Positions 20,101 through 30,200 of a stretch of 64,000 bases of DNA are shown here, piece after piece. This DNA comes from a virus: positions 1 to 64,000 of IMG/VR virus record IMGVR_UViG_3300037485_001282. One strand, written 5' to 3'. The notes below the pieces were generated by a model. The model was not told the DNA's origin and made no database searches. It was given only the letters and a program-made list of their open reading frames with translations. Position numbers and translations under genes: made by a program. How positions within the stretch are numbered: position 1 is the first letter of the stretch; each line of letters starts with the position of its first letter.

Positions 20101-21543
20101 TAGCCCACATGCTCTAGGTGAAGATAATTTGCTCTTTACTAACCACGAAATTCCGTTCCAAGATTCGGTTTCGTCCGTTGTTCCTATGATTTCTTCGGAG
20201 TCATTATGAAAGTACCCACCAGCGGCATAACCATTAAAGAAATCTCCGCTACCGTATGCAAATGCTCTATCTAAATTAAGTTTACCGCTGAGATAATTTT
20301 CTTTACCGAACTCACTGGTTAAATTTAAAATTTCATTGTTAATAGACACAGTATCTATTCCAGTTGTCCAGTGAATTGCATCTACGGTATTTAAAATATC
20401 GGGCTTAGTACTTAAAATAGTCTGTATAGGGTTAACGTTAAATTGAACATCAAACTCATGCGAGAATCCAGTCGATTCTGCGGATATTACATTTTCATCT
20501 AATGTGAATAGTGAACCGTCACATTTATTAATATTTATTTTCTGACAGTTACTCTTTTTTGAGGAACTAGTGACATTAGCGTTTTCTAAAGATAAATCAT
20601 TTAATTTTCCATTATAACTAAGAGTAATGCAATTAGTTATTTTATCTATTAAATTTGATCTGATTGAGGTTCTAGATAACTCTGTTCCAGTTGTCCTATC
20701 TATCAATCGTAAACCAAAATCACTTAATTTATTGAATGAGTTTAATTTAAATATATCACATGTATATGATAGTGACGCAAAGATGAATGCTCTTTTAGCG
20801 TCTAAAATTTTAGGGGTTTTAATATTTATTGACGCATTGGTATCATGTGCAAAATCATCAGAATAAACCGATCTAATAATCTGATCAATACTTATCCACC
20901 CAGATTCCGTATAGTCGGGATTATTCAAAAATCCAGAATAAGGAGGATAAAGAGATTCTTTATCTGTATTTTTATATGTATTGTATAGATTATCTTTATA
21001 TTGTTTTCTAACAAATTCATCATTTAGTAACTTATCTAAAGAATAGTAACCAACTATATTTGTTAATGATGTAACTATTTTGGCATTGGGGAACTTGAAA
21101 GACCCATAGTTAATTTGTTTAAACTGAAAATCATAAATATCACCGAAGTTATTAATTTTATCTAATATCTGTACAGTATCAATATCAGATACTAAAGCAT
21201 TTAAACTAATTGTATCTGAATTCGGTAACTTGCAGCCACTAGTATATTGTTTTGTTAAAGATTCATCGGAGAATAAAAGAGTTTGTGTATCACTATTAAA
21301 AGATATTCCTTTTGGTATATCTACTAAATCAGATATTGAAATTTCTTTTATCTTTTCAACAAAAGAGTTATTAAACTTGTCAGTATTGGAAGACCACTCA
21401 TCAGAAAATCCAATTTTTGGGTTCTCTGTAGTATTATCCTTAGATACTTCAGTATTAATAGGAGCTATACTAGCTAAAGAGTCACCGTTCTGTAAAAGTA
21501 ATTCATTTGCTAAGAAAGATGATTTTTTATCACTTATGGTCAT
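14107..21543 (-). CDS. Giant putative receptor-binding protein (Kelch-like repeats, degenerate SGNH domain, C-terminal lectin-like module)
   Basis: 2478 aa; GG..TESWNGISW..KL..PR Kelch-like blades; PNVAIVCVGLYD...FLTIPP...INEWM..VIDAY SGNH-like segment. Confidence 0.7.
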   Translation of the reverse strand: MTISDKKSSFLANELLLQNGDSLASIAPINTEVSKDNTTENPKIGFSDEWSSNTDKFNNSFVEKIKEISISDLVDIPKGISFNSDTQTLLFSDESLTKQYTSGCKLPNSDTISLNALVSDIDTVQILDKINNFGDIYDFQFKQINYGSFKFPNAKIVTSLTNIVGYYSLDKLLNDEFVRKQYKDNLYNTYKNTDKESLYPPYSGFLNNPDYTESGWISIDQIIRSVYSDDFAHDTNASINIKTPKILDAKRAFIFASLSYTCDIFKLNSFNKLSDFGLRLIDRTTGTELSRTSIRSNLIDKITNCITLSYNGKLNDLSLENANVTSSSKKSNCQKININKCDGSLFTLDENVISAESTGFSHEFDVQFNVNPIQTILSTKPDILNTVDAIHWTTGIDTVSINNEILNLTSEFGKENYLSGKLNLDRAFAYGSGDFFNGYAAGGYFHNDSEEIIGTTDETESWNGISWLVKSKLSSPRACGLSGGNSTTGIISQGINNIWDPSDKTFENSFTPSSHSFPQKSLILSSYLGIESWKVVNDVTPPISKHSISGYLNISYKESKAGESIDSILDSNNVEICAEAISKAKQFASQTFSNNTELEVPNVKPRVWFNIWQTNGISFCGSTDNHIRLDHVSDNILSDEFEKISWIKIIKNTSNPDIETTQEENAYGCWNIDPYRKYPIKAFGVAYVGDNNSGLATGGKTGNSLISTTNNVKTNMRNYYLDINNFNENNLSVVPYTYENNGITWIRKENLPESVYYHVGVGNLENSVFFGGIHSTLENPNVNTTIRNCEDWDSMIRTFGGSFHKNGSVGLNGNIQFSHFSSLIDSKSYGFSDSYGNTYYKTRDLRDTSNLGVIYSSEYTNNNLPTIQSEYPLIKSFSNYADPEFTFPNKRIYSNRVSTITIEYNTIYYAPNQYKITIDLISDSVIKGPKDLEFDLISGKITIITLEKFKESIYNYFSFFGITSKSIKTNIIKTTVFSDGESRLLNNEDSNSGPSKHEELNIFEDIASDSSISKTGKFALYSNLNAEQFKDTYNPYDDNQEFPVCHYPRKNNFLNNISYNYAGHPTNGGMWLWSRPSFGESLFDPKNINYDGISYSDRNNHSFGFSIDNNNPNTHTFFVGPKSEGLNQFLTTKDSYSDGTHIFVEDWNNIFKTKRVIKYFENDNINFTLMPGGISSISKLFNINIDLKRKLLSDGTWTPELSKVPLEDPIVYRNGTVSKGKFKNINSTFFSNFNSVVKSFSDSQFINVPYINLQTSDYYPVINYDNSNYFEFNKFFDSSNKSSSIRDKSGLWPWNDLLQGDASNSCVKNDYTFLWDTTGAFFVAVVSDVTINDGITTEKIIITKYNKNGDKEFDYNLEYVDNKISVDSSGYSSVRGEDNAIRLFGDDVKQQRLDYTKYNSLHIYGNKQNFDVSQVSVNSFGWNEACKKEYDSTSISDYPFKYCNLGELLNELNYYNNTEKVQVYIEGNSYGKNTLSITPAKEWYNPKHKKIQNKVRYNIPPQILNENFCGVRENLIRLRYNQFNLSPHSGVFIGDIRLIGEVDPCYTLRSIIAKQNEPLYDPTYNGVRGQPEFFMDNIMREFGVEWYNTSIATEFTSNLFARFKRDALGTDKLDTEFVDNSGTNVYPFTYKDINGIKYNPRDIMTNKDITDKSLSVTPNVAIVCVGLYDILFDKNYYETIFFLEEIAKVAQENNLWTIFLTIPPRPMMKHDIAIENHVWYHNLVGDGTLDDQISPIRSSSQNSPVYGNKTNIPLNFGVYNGKIDPFIGKTKLEKLVAINEWMKTKLPEYDHNVIDAYDFLVDTNLPVSNQIKYIVTDENTLEPTTEPIYGDIKPLYSNGIFENNEITQFNGRLNGTSSKDLMIHVFNSVDLVPRFNIKILSFDDNPIEPKDIFVLDNPKVPYLDRKEYINLYEVGLENTHLSPDKLFKFNQQMVKSYVSLKPNMSGNFNPLIHSTCEESLYFDLLCCILSKQSCLGSCYTDISTYLSNKTEDEYKWTNHFHEEWTVPAIESPFAGAFSMEEFNVWLTAGNSKNNRWGTNIWASNENGEITLHYRKQRIGVSDPQAGYGLENGNWELINSQPDRNKLYFSTLTAELKISNLEDIQSLSPIPCRVFYDEFSFDFSVYYNDTTTKPLIDDILKLSYSDYSGGIEYKKENSTGYEVLGINCDNNISIFYPEESYINPFVSGKEICTSEHFLYAEWVSSFIQEWKSQKSLLDKQKDNKYFFKHNIEKYLGCNNVSNATNELSSDIKIVETSWRRYQDGVGLGGDAPLIHTETDKLLCNPLNTYYIGQCAFGTPEKAVVFGGISVPSAGNNNRSKMWWENLTTNFTFKWNKSIINLEDTFNLNYTKRGLSPFFSNYEISSSKSNMGSILYDVSNNILIERQGTAIFNGTNSVDVKLSIPEEIVNKDKYSIILTPSDNVNTWWENKSENGFSIVVGISSWTGTVDWQIVLSDRIVKSNIDDSSRDNIPFDTYEGL

Positions 21544-21554
21544 TTAATTTCCTA

Positions 21555-22877
21555 TTAATAGTTTTCTTCGAAATTAAAAATATCTGGATATACATCAACC
21601 TCTACTGATGGTGGAGTTATATAGTCATATCTATTAGCCTCATAAAGAATATCGGCTGTTTCAATTGATGGGATATACCAGTTAATTTTATAGTTATCAT
21701 TTTCTGGATAATCAGAAAGAGAAACACTAAATTGACTATCCCGAACATCAAAAATATTTGCTATGAACATCGCAGAATCACTGAAAGGCGAAACAATTGA
21801 TATAACAGGATAAGATAATCCAGGCTTTAGTGGGTGGTGATTTATAGTATATACTAATTGGCTGGACGATAAATTAATTGATCCGTGTTCTGGTTTACTT
21901 CTGTCTGATGGTATCGTTAAAGTTGTTGCTCTGGTAACCACCTTTGAAATTGTCTGATATACATCAAGTACAGATGCTATATCGTTTACAATTGGATCAA
22001 CTCCCCTCGGCGCAAATGATCTTCCTAATACACTGGTTGCTGTCAATTTAGAATTATCATTGTCAAAATCATAATAGCTATTAATATCAATATCTTTTAC
22101 TGGGTATTTTGATTGACTGTTATCATATGGCAATGTTAATGAACCCACGAAAATTCTATTAATATGTAAGTATCCATCATTATCGGTTCTAAAAATCTTT
22201 ATCTTAATTGTTGGGCTTTCTATTTTAGTAACAAACGAAACATAAGACGAAATCATTTTTGGTGAATATGATTTGATATTAAATTCATCAAAATTCGGAA
22301 ATGGACCTAGTATTTTGAATTCTCTTACAGTATCTCTAGCGTTTTCTATTTCGATTGCTACTGTTTCATACATATCACCTAAAGCAACATGTTGTGAGCC
22401 AGAAATCTCCCAATTCATTGAATTTGGAAATTTGGATCCTTTAATAGCGAAAATTAGCTCCTGACCTCTTAAGATTTCAGGAATAAATATATCTCTTTCT
22501 ATCCAAGACTCTCTATTTACATTATAGTCTATAGATCCGGCTGGTGTGTCACTATATCCCTTATAGACCATATTTTCGTTTGCTGCATCAAAAATTAGAT
22601 CTTCGTCATTGTTAATAGCGAAATTTTTTAGCGCCTTCCATGTATTGCAGTTCTTGTATGTATTCATTTTTCCGCCATTTACAAGAACCTTATCACCATT
22701 TATATTATAATCTAATAAATTTCCGTAAATTGATTTTATTAAAGTTCTATTTCCATTTAACATCTTCAAAATATATAAGTCATTATCAATCAGCTCCTTA
22801 AGAGGAGCATTAACGTTTTTGTCGTTAAGAAAATCCGCTGGGGTTACTACCGATATATCTCTATTGAATCCAGACAT
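21555..22877 (-). CDS. Putative tail/baseplate protein
   Basis: 440 aa; VNAPLKELIDNDLYILK N-terminal motif typical of tail fibre/attachment proteins; divergent lectin-like module near the C-terminus. Confidence 0.65.
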   Translation of the reverse strand: MSGFNRDISVVTPADFLNDKNVNAPLKELIDNDLYILKMLNGNRTLIKSIYGNLLDYNINGDKVLVNGGKMNTYKNCNTWKALKNFAINNDEDLIFDAANENMVYKGYSDTPAGSIDYNVNRESWIERDIFIPEILRGQELIFAIKGSKFPNSMNWEISGSQHVALGDMYETVAIEIENARDTVREFKILGPFPNFDEFNIKSYSPKMISSYVSFVTKIESPTIKIKIFRTDNDGYLHINRIFVGSLTLPYDNSQSKYPVKDIDINSYYDFDNDNSKLTATSVLGRSFAPRGVDPIVNDIASVLDVYQTISKVVTRATTLTIPSDRSKPEHGSINLSSSQLVYTINHHPLKPGLSYPVISIVSPFSDSAMFIANIFDVRDSQFSVSLSDYPENDNYKINWYIPSIETADILYEANRYDYITPPSVEVDVYPDIFNFEENY

Positions 22878-22889
22878 TTAAAACACTCC

Positions 22890-23687
22890 TTAAGGTAATT
22901 CGTCCCACCAATCAATACCGTTTTTGATAAACAAGAAGTCTATTATACAATTAATTGGATAACTTGTTCCAATTTTTGCCCGATCAGTGGATTTATCGAG
23001 CCAAAATGTATTTATATTAGTATTAGTTGATAAGAGAATTGAATAATTATTATCAGAAAACACCATTGGGATAGTAAACGAGTCTATACTTGTCGATGGT
23101 TTAATTATTAACTCATTTTCGTACCATCCACGTAGATTTGTGTGGCAGTTTTGACTAATATCTAGTTCTTTTGATACGCACGCATCTGTATTTCCACAAT
23201 CTAATGTTAATTCGGTACATGGAATAGTATCGTATATTAAATTTCTGGATCCAGAGTAAATAGTTCCTGGGTTATTAACTCCAGTTAGATGAGAAAAGGA
23301 CTTATGTATAGCTAACCACGTAATTTCTGAGTCAAATTCCGAACTTGCGTTAATTATAAATCCGTTTTTCTTTTTCGATGTCCAGAATAAGTTTACGTTT
23401 GAGTTTGAACTAAAAAACACATAATAATTGTCGTCTATAAAGGGGGTCTTAAATACTACCTGAAATGTTGATTTCTTGTTTTTAAATTTAATAACGTTAG
23501 ATTTTACATAGTGAGTATCTGTTGTCTTTGTCAGTACCCAGTCAAATATGCCCTCTAATGGATTAAATGACCCGTTGACGGTAAATTCGCTGGAATTTAC
23601 TCTGGTGTACCATGCTGAAGTATTGTTTCCAGCAGTGACTATAAGACCACCACTAATTTTTTGATTATCTATTAGGACACTTGACAT
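22890..23687 (-). CDS. Protein made of about three lectin-like beta-sandwich modules
   Basis: VVFKTPFIDDNYYVFFSSNSNVNLFWTSKKKNGFII..ITW and two related segments. Confidence 0.7.
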   Translation of the reverse strand: MSSVLIDNQKISGGLIVTAGNNTSAWYTRVNSSEFTVNGSFNPLEGIFDWVLTKTTDTHYVKSNVIKFKNKKSTFQVVFKTPFIDDNYYVFFSSNSNVNLFWTSKKKNGFIINASSEFDSEITWLAIHKSFSHLTGVNNPGTIYSGSRNLIYDTIPCTELTLDCGNTDACVSKELDISQNCHTNLRGWYENELIIKPSTSIDSFTIPMVFSDNNYSILLSTNTNINTFWLDKSTDRAKIGTSYPINCIIDFLFIKNGIDWWDELP

Positions 23688-23688
23688 T

Positions 23689-26600
23689 TTAATCCCCTAT
23701 TTTGTTACTTTCTAGTTTATAATCATGAATACTCTTTATGTTTCTAATTTCCATAAACGCTGGCTTAAATAATCTGGTATTTTCTTTTATAAAATTGACA
23801 ACATTGGGTCTGTCTTTCTTATTTACGACAATATCATCAAAAGCAACATCGAACACGTTACTCTTAAACATATCCACCTGTCCGAATCTAACCGTATTGT
23901 CGATTTGAGATAGATATACGTTTATATTGTTCTCTACCGCTACTACTGTTTCCCCAACATCATATACCTTACAATAACTAAATCTATTAATATTTTCTTC
24001 TTTAAATTCATCCATTAACCAGCACCCATAATAGTTATCTTTCCAGATATTTTTCTTCTGACTCTCGGTTACTGATGTATTATTATAATATAAAGTTAGT
24101 TTTTCTTGGTTCCATTCGTTTAGTTTTACCCAAATAACTAAAATATCCTGATCGAAATCATAAGAATCTACTAAAATATCAAGTTCCTTTGAGGCTCCTT
24201 CAGCAAATACTGAAAATGACTTTTTATTAAAGCTAATTTTACTAAAATCGAAAACGTTTCGTTGGATCTGTGGGTTGATCTCGTTATTATTGTATGAAAT
24301 AATATTATATGAGTTTCCATAAAGAACTAAAGGAACTATTAAAGTATCTTTAAATGAATTTATATTTTCTAATGTAATTTGTCTTTTAAAGTTAAATTTA
24401 TTTACTGTTTTATCAGATGAAGAAACTTCGTGTTCGGTTCCAAGTTTAGCCCAGCCTATATTCATTAGAGACTTATGTAAAACATCTATATAAGACGCTA
24501 ACTCTAATGGTCTTTTTCGTACATCAAAGTAACTTAATGAACTTAAATACTCATTATATGGATTAAAAGTTAATTGGTATATATCTACATTATTTAAGGA
24601 ACAAGTAGTGTCTGTAATTAACTTAACCCCGTTTACATATACTGAAAAATTCAATAAGTTCTTTATTAAACACCCTTCATTAACTTTATAACCACCATCA
24701 AAGAAAGTTGTGCTAGTTCCGCCTTTAACTTCGTGAGTGAATAAATCTACTGTTAGTATATTGTTTTCGTCTGGTCTTAGCATCGGACCACCAGAAATAT
24801 TAGATACTAATATATTACAATCGGTGTCTTTTTTAATTAAGTTCCAATTATGTGTTTTGAAATTATAAGTAACTGATAAAGCAGATTCAGTAACATCATC
24901 GGCGCAGTTTATAGTAAATAATGTTAAGTCTCTATCAATATAGTTAATCGGAAATTCTATATTAATTGGGTTTGCTCTAGCGTATTCGTAATCAGATTTA
25001 TTTAGTAAATGTACAATGTTTCTATTAAGTAAATCAAAGTTGCTTATTTCACCAGACACACCAGCATTATCTGTGGAAATTGTACTAGAATCTATATTGA
25101 ATGATAATGTACTATTGAATTCTTTTATTTTAGAATCTTCCAAGTCGAAACTAACAGATGAGCTACCAATATACACTTCTTTTTGATGTGGTGATCCCAT
25201 ATTAACGTAAGAATATCCACCGCTTACTAATCCGCGAGAATAGTGATTGTCATATATTATTTGTGACAAATCTGAGAATTGCAAAGAACTTAGATTTTCA
25301 ACTACGTTTTTTATTGTTTTAATGTTGCTAGTTTCGTTAGTTGGTATAATAGATTCATGAACTTTAATATCTCTTAAAATTAAATCTTTTTCCCATATTA
25401 AGAGAATATTTCCCTTGAATTTATCGTAGTAACAGTCGGTAGTATTTAGTCCACTTAAAGTGAATAAATCATCTTGAATAATAATGTTATTAGGATAGAA
25501 ATTCTCTTTAATTAGGCAATCGTAGTAACTAGAAACTGTAGTCGCCAATTTGTTTTCATATCCGTAATCTACTCGACTAAATAATGATGCGTTAACGTGG
25601 CTCAAATCTATGGAAGCTACTCTTGTGTTCCATTTATAAAAATTATGATTATAGTTTAGTATTTCTCTTTCGGTATAATTAGACTCTAATTTAGCATAAA
25701 AGACATATGCGTAACTAATATCTTCCTTTTCCGAAATGAAAATATCAAATATAAGTTTTTTGTTCTTAATACTGTTCACTTGATTAATAAGAACATCACC
25801 AGAAGTAGAAAGAGATAAACTTAAAGACGAACCGCTAATAGTTTCTACAACATCTGTTCCGTGGTTATCTATATTATGTATCTGTTCTGGCTCATTGCAT
25901 TCCATTAACTTTGTTAAGCTATCGTAACTAATATCTTCGATTTTATGTGAATCAGTGAATAATGGAGTTAAAGAAACATCTATATATCTGTTTTCGGTTA
26001 TACTAAATCCATTACTAATAGCGAGTAATCTTAGCTCCGATGTTAATGGATCAAAATCGGTTATGTTTCCTTCGGTTCCGTTGGCTATATAGAAAATATA
26101 TGTATATGTATTCTTTTTAAGAATTTTCAGTATATTGGTAACATTAGTTGATCCAAACTCATTTGGGAGCGCATCTCTAAATATTATTTTATCGTCGTTT
26201 AAAGAACAACTAAATAGATTACTATAAGATAATCTGCTTGGTTTCTTTAGAACTTTAATACTCAAAGATCCAATATTTAAAATATAGAAAAACTCGGGTA
26301 AATTTAATATATCATTGTTCTGGGTAGTTTCTATTTTTATCCATACTTTTAAAAACTGTCCAGGCAACAACTCATTATTATGTGTTATCTGTGATGACCA
26401 AGTTGCTCCAGTTAACTTACCTTGGCTATCGTGCTCATCATCTAATACTATAGTATTTTCGCTAGTTAACTCTGAATATACCCCTTCTGCCCATAAAGTT
26501 ACCAAAACCGAGTTATTAAATGCTATGTTTTCGCTAAACTGATCTATAGAGGAACTTAAAGTTCCTAAAATTTCAGATTCATCGTACCGTTCATTGGCAC

Positions 26601-26847
26601 CAATGTATAATGCTCTATAAGTGATAGACCCATTAGAATAATCGGAATCGGTAATTGGTTTAAAAAACCAAGTGGAGTCATTGGACAGATCGGTATAATG
26701 GTTTTTATAATAAGTAGATTTTGGCTGATCATCGGTTCTAATACTCAGAAGTAATTTCCCACCCAATGATGATCCAAAAAACTTGGAATCAGTGGTAACA
26801 CCGACTTTATTCTGATTATTGCCTATTGACGGACGGTAAGATAGCAT
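23689..26847 (-). CDS. Large structural protein with DUF2341-like domain
   Basis: 1052 aa; FKRQITL...DILVIWVKL..LTLYYNN..NIWKDNYYGCWLMDE at about 24008-24396. Confidence 0.65.
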   Translation of the reverse strand: MLSYRPSIGNNQNKVGVTTDSKFFGSSLGGKLLLSIRTDDQPKSTYYKNHYTDLSNDSTWFFKPITDSDYSNGSITYRALYIGANERYDESEILGTLSSSIDQFSENIAFNNSVLVTLWAEGVYSELTSENTIVLDDEHDSQGKLTGATWSSQITHNNELLPGQFLKVWIKIETTQNNDILNLPEFFYILNIGSLSIKVLKKPSRLSYSNLFSCSLNDDKIIFRDALPNEFGSTNVTNILKILKKNTYTYIFYIANGTEGNITDFDPLTSELRLLAISNGFSITENRYIDVSLTPLFTDSHKIEDISYDSLTKLMECNEPEQIHNIDNHGTDVVETISGSSLSLSLSTSGDVLINQVNSIKNKKLIFDIFISEKEDISYAYVFYAKLESNYTEREILNYNHNFYKWNTRVASIDLSHVNASLFSRVDYGYENKLATTVSSYYDCLIKENFYPNNIIIQDDLFTLSGLNTTDCYYDKFKGNILLIWEKDLILRDIKVHESIIPTNETSNIKTIKNVVENLSSLQFSDLSQIIYDNHYSRGLVSGGYSYVNMGSPHQKEVYIGSSSVSFDLEDSKIKEFNSTLSFNIDSSTISTDNAGVSGEISNFDLLNRNIVHLLNKSDYEYARANPINIEFPINYIDRDLTLFTINCADDVTESALSVTYNFKTHNWNLIKKDTDCNILVSNISGGPMLRPDENNILTVDLFTHEVKGGTSTTFFDGGYKVNEGCLIKNLLNFSVYVNGVKLITDTTCSLNNVDIYQLTFNPYNEYLSSLSYFDVRKRPLELASYIDVLHKSLMNIGWAKLGTEHEVSSSDKTVNKFNFKRQITLENINSFKDTLIVPLVLYGNSYNIISYNNNEINPQIQRNVFDFSKISFNKKSFSVFAEGASKELDILVDSYDFDQDILVIWVKLNEWNQEKLTLYYNNTSVTESQKKNIWKDNYYGCWLMDEFKEENINRFSYCKVYDVGETVVAVENNINVYLSQIDNTVRFGQVDMFKSNVFDVAFDDIVVNKKDRPNVVNFIKENTRLFKPAFMEIRNIKSIHDYKLESNKIGD

Positions 26848-26888
26848 ATTCCGTTATTTATACGAAATGATGATATTTAATAAGAAAA

Positions 26889-27239
26889 TTAAATTGGCGA
26901 ACATGCGATAAAAATATTGTCTTTTGCGATGTGCATTTTGTCTATTTTTCTATTCGTATATTTCATGTAGTTATTAATATTATCAACGTCAAATGCTTTA
27001 TCCTTAATGTTTATAATTTTTTCCTCTAAGAAGTCTTCGTTGTAAATGATAATAGAATTAAGACCATCAATTTCTCTTAGAAGTATTATTTTATTTTGGA
27101 ATACGAATACGGCTTTAACGTTAATGTCTTTTTTTACCGTACTACACCCATACTTTTTGTAATAAAGGGAATTTTCATAATGCAAAATATATGTTCCACT
27201 TAAAGTTTTTCCAATAAAATTTACTTTTGGGTTAGTCAT
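26889..27239 (-). CDS. Hypothetical protein
   Basis: 116-aa ORF within the structural operon. Confidence 0.6.
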   Translation of the reverse strand: MTNPKVNFIGKTLSGTYILHYENSLYYKKYGCSTVKKDINVKAVFVFQNKIILLREIDGLNSIIIYNEDFLEEKIINIKDKAFDVDNINNYMKYTNRKIDKMHIAKDNIFIACSPI

Positions 27240-27240
27240 A

Positions 27241-30200
27241 TCAATTTCCGTTTGTTTTCGTAATGTCGATTATCATTTCGGTTAAGTCGATTCCCTGGAA
27301 TGGGTTACCGATCTTTATTCCATCTTCAGACAAATATTTATACTTGATATTTGTCATATAGGTGTATTCGTTGAATATTCTAAATCCACAAAGAGAACCA
27401 AATGGTCTAGTGGATGATATTAAGTCGTTGTTTATATTGTTTCGAACAAAATTAGTATCTGTGATTTCGCCAGCTTTATCTGGATAAGTAATATTCATAT
27501 TCTGTAATCCAGCAATATTATAAACCAATTCCTCGAAATTACCATCTAAGTATCTAGATGGATCTGTTTGATAGTTTTTGTTAATAAAGTAATTTAATAC
27601 TAGTTTTTCTGGATTATCTTTCTCGTTGAATAAAACTCTTATATAGTCGTCTGTAACGACACATCTAATTGTGTACCAAGTATCAAACTTAATATTTTTA
27701 GTATTATAGTCACCGAATCCAGCTAAAAACGAAGTATTGGTATTGGAAGTACCGTGATTAAACGCAGATACGCCCAACGCAATATCAAAATCAAAGGATC
27801 CTATACCAGCAAAATAATAACTATTAAGAACGTTTTTCTTGTTTTTATAATCGAATATTTCAGACGACTTTAAAATTACTTCAAACTTTTTCCCTTTGTA
27901 ATTTTTTATGTCATTTAACTTACTATCGAAGAAAACGTCGGCACTTATATCAAATATGTAGTTATCGTTATCTATTACATATAGTCTTCTAGCATTTGGT
28001 TCATTTTGTTTTACGTTTATTGTTTTTGATGATTTTTTTGAACCACTTTGTCTTCCTTCGAACGGAAATAAAGAGTTTCTATTTAAAGATTTAAAACAAT
28101 TTACATTATCTACTGATATGATCTCATAAAACTGTTGATTAGGTGTAGTTTCCCCTAATAACATATTAGTTGATGGTAATCTAGAAAGATTTTCATAAAT
28201 TTCATTTGAATTTGCTTCATATGGTATCCAATTTATGTCTCTTTTTAAACGGAAATCATCGTGTTTTTCTTTGAATGTTTTACTTTTATCAAAATATAAA
28301 TCAAAATCGAAAACACCATACACGGAACTACCTACCAATTTATTTAAAAACGAATTATCCTTAAATAAAATTGATGTTTTATTGATAACGTAACTATCTT
28401 CTGGAACCAAATAATCATTGAGAGTTATTTTTCTAACATTATTAACCCAGAATTCCATATCTTTTAATACGTGAGGGATTTCAAAGTAATAGTTAGTATT
28501 TGTTATTTTTGTAACTGCTAAATTTATGTTTTCTATAATATCCCAATCTAAAATGTTATTATTGTACTCTATATTAACGTTTGAGCCTATATTTAAATAG
28601 TTTTCGGACAGAATTGTATATTTATTATATAATTTATAATTTTCTGGACTAACTTCTTCATAAATTTCCAGAATTTCTAAATGATCTATAAAGTACTTGT
28701 TCCAATCCACGATACTCCACTCTGGGGTTTCTTTAATATATTTTGCTAACTGTGTGGTATTTAAAAGAACGTTAATATTTGTGTTTTGCTTATAGTTTAA
28801 CGCTTCTGTCATTTGACCAAGTGGGGTGAACGAGAAACTTTCTTGACCAGAAAAGCTTCTTTCGATAAAATTAGCATATTGTAAGGTATCATTAAGTATT
28901 GTTGGTGTATTTTTGTTTTTATCGGTAGAGCACTTATCGTATTCGGTATTTGCTGTTACGAGTTCATCATAAGCGTACCAAGAGAGTGGGATATATATTT
29001 CTTTACATAACTTTATGGGCGCTGCTTTAAATGCGCTATTTGAATTCGATTTATTATTTACCTTTAAATTTTCTCGATCTATTTCAGTTAACATATCAAA
29101 TGTTTTATTATCGAACCCAGAATAGTCTATTTTTATCTTTACTTTGGCATAGTACATTGATCCAGGGGTTATTTTTCCATCTTTTAATTTCAGTCTAAGC
29201 GAATTTACTTTATCATGGTTCGTGTCAATATCTTTACCGAAAAATATCTTTGGTGAGTTATTTTTTTCTATGGATTTGTCTGTAAAATTAATTCCAGACA
29301 GAATATCCTCAGATAAATCTGCTTCGAGTTGTTCGAAACTGCGTTTTCTCCAAACTGTTTTCGGTAACCACCAATTAAGGTCTTCTATAGTGTGCAGTTG
29401 TGTATTTGATAAATCACTTAAAAAACTTCGAATGTTTTTTGAAATAATGAAGTCGGTGTTTCTTTCGGTCGCTGAATTTGGGTTTTCTTCTAAATTGGTC
29501 GCTAAATTTAAAGAAGCCGATATAAAATAAGAAACCGAAAGACCAGTTTCGAGTGACTCAAAGGGATTTGGAGTAGTTAATATAATTTTATTTTGGTTGC
29601 TATCAAAATTATATGATAGTAAATTAGCAAATAATCCATTCAAAGTAATAAGAGAAGGTATATTATTACTTTGTTTAACGAATTCATTTCCCAAAGAATA
29701 TATGGTAATCTCTTTGTTAAGAATTCCAAGAGGAATAAAAATGTCTATTTCGTAATCGTTTGGAAATAGAGAAGATTGTTTTAACTTATTACTAGACGGT
29801 TTGTACTTAACTGTATTACATGGAATATGAAATTTAAAACTTCCATAAAGAACAACTTCCTTATTAAATTCAGTCGAATATCTACTAATTAATTGGTCAA
29901 TATATGAACAATTATTAAATTGGACACCGATAACTCTCTTTCCCTCTGGTATATCTACCGTCACAGGGGAAAACATTTTATTCTTAAAAACAGATAAATC
30001 ATCTAAGATAATATCTGAGTCAATTGATTCAAATTTATTTGAGTGTGGATATACCTCTTCCCAAATTCCCTTTATCTCAAAATCGGATTTATTATATGTA
30101 ATATAACTAGATAATTTATCAGAAATATAAAGATCAGTGGAATATTTGGCTCTTGATAATTCAGAAAAACTATCAAATGGTTCCGTATTATATTTTCCCA

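Noticed and set aside
26889-27243. 116-aa ORF as a frameshifted tail of the 1774-aa gene
   Set aside because: It has its own ATG one base after the stop, typical of coupling here, and I saw no slippery site.
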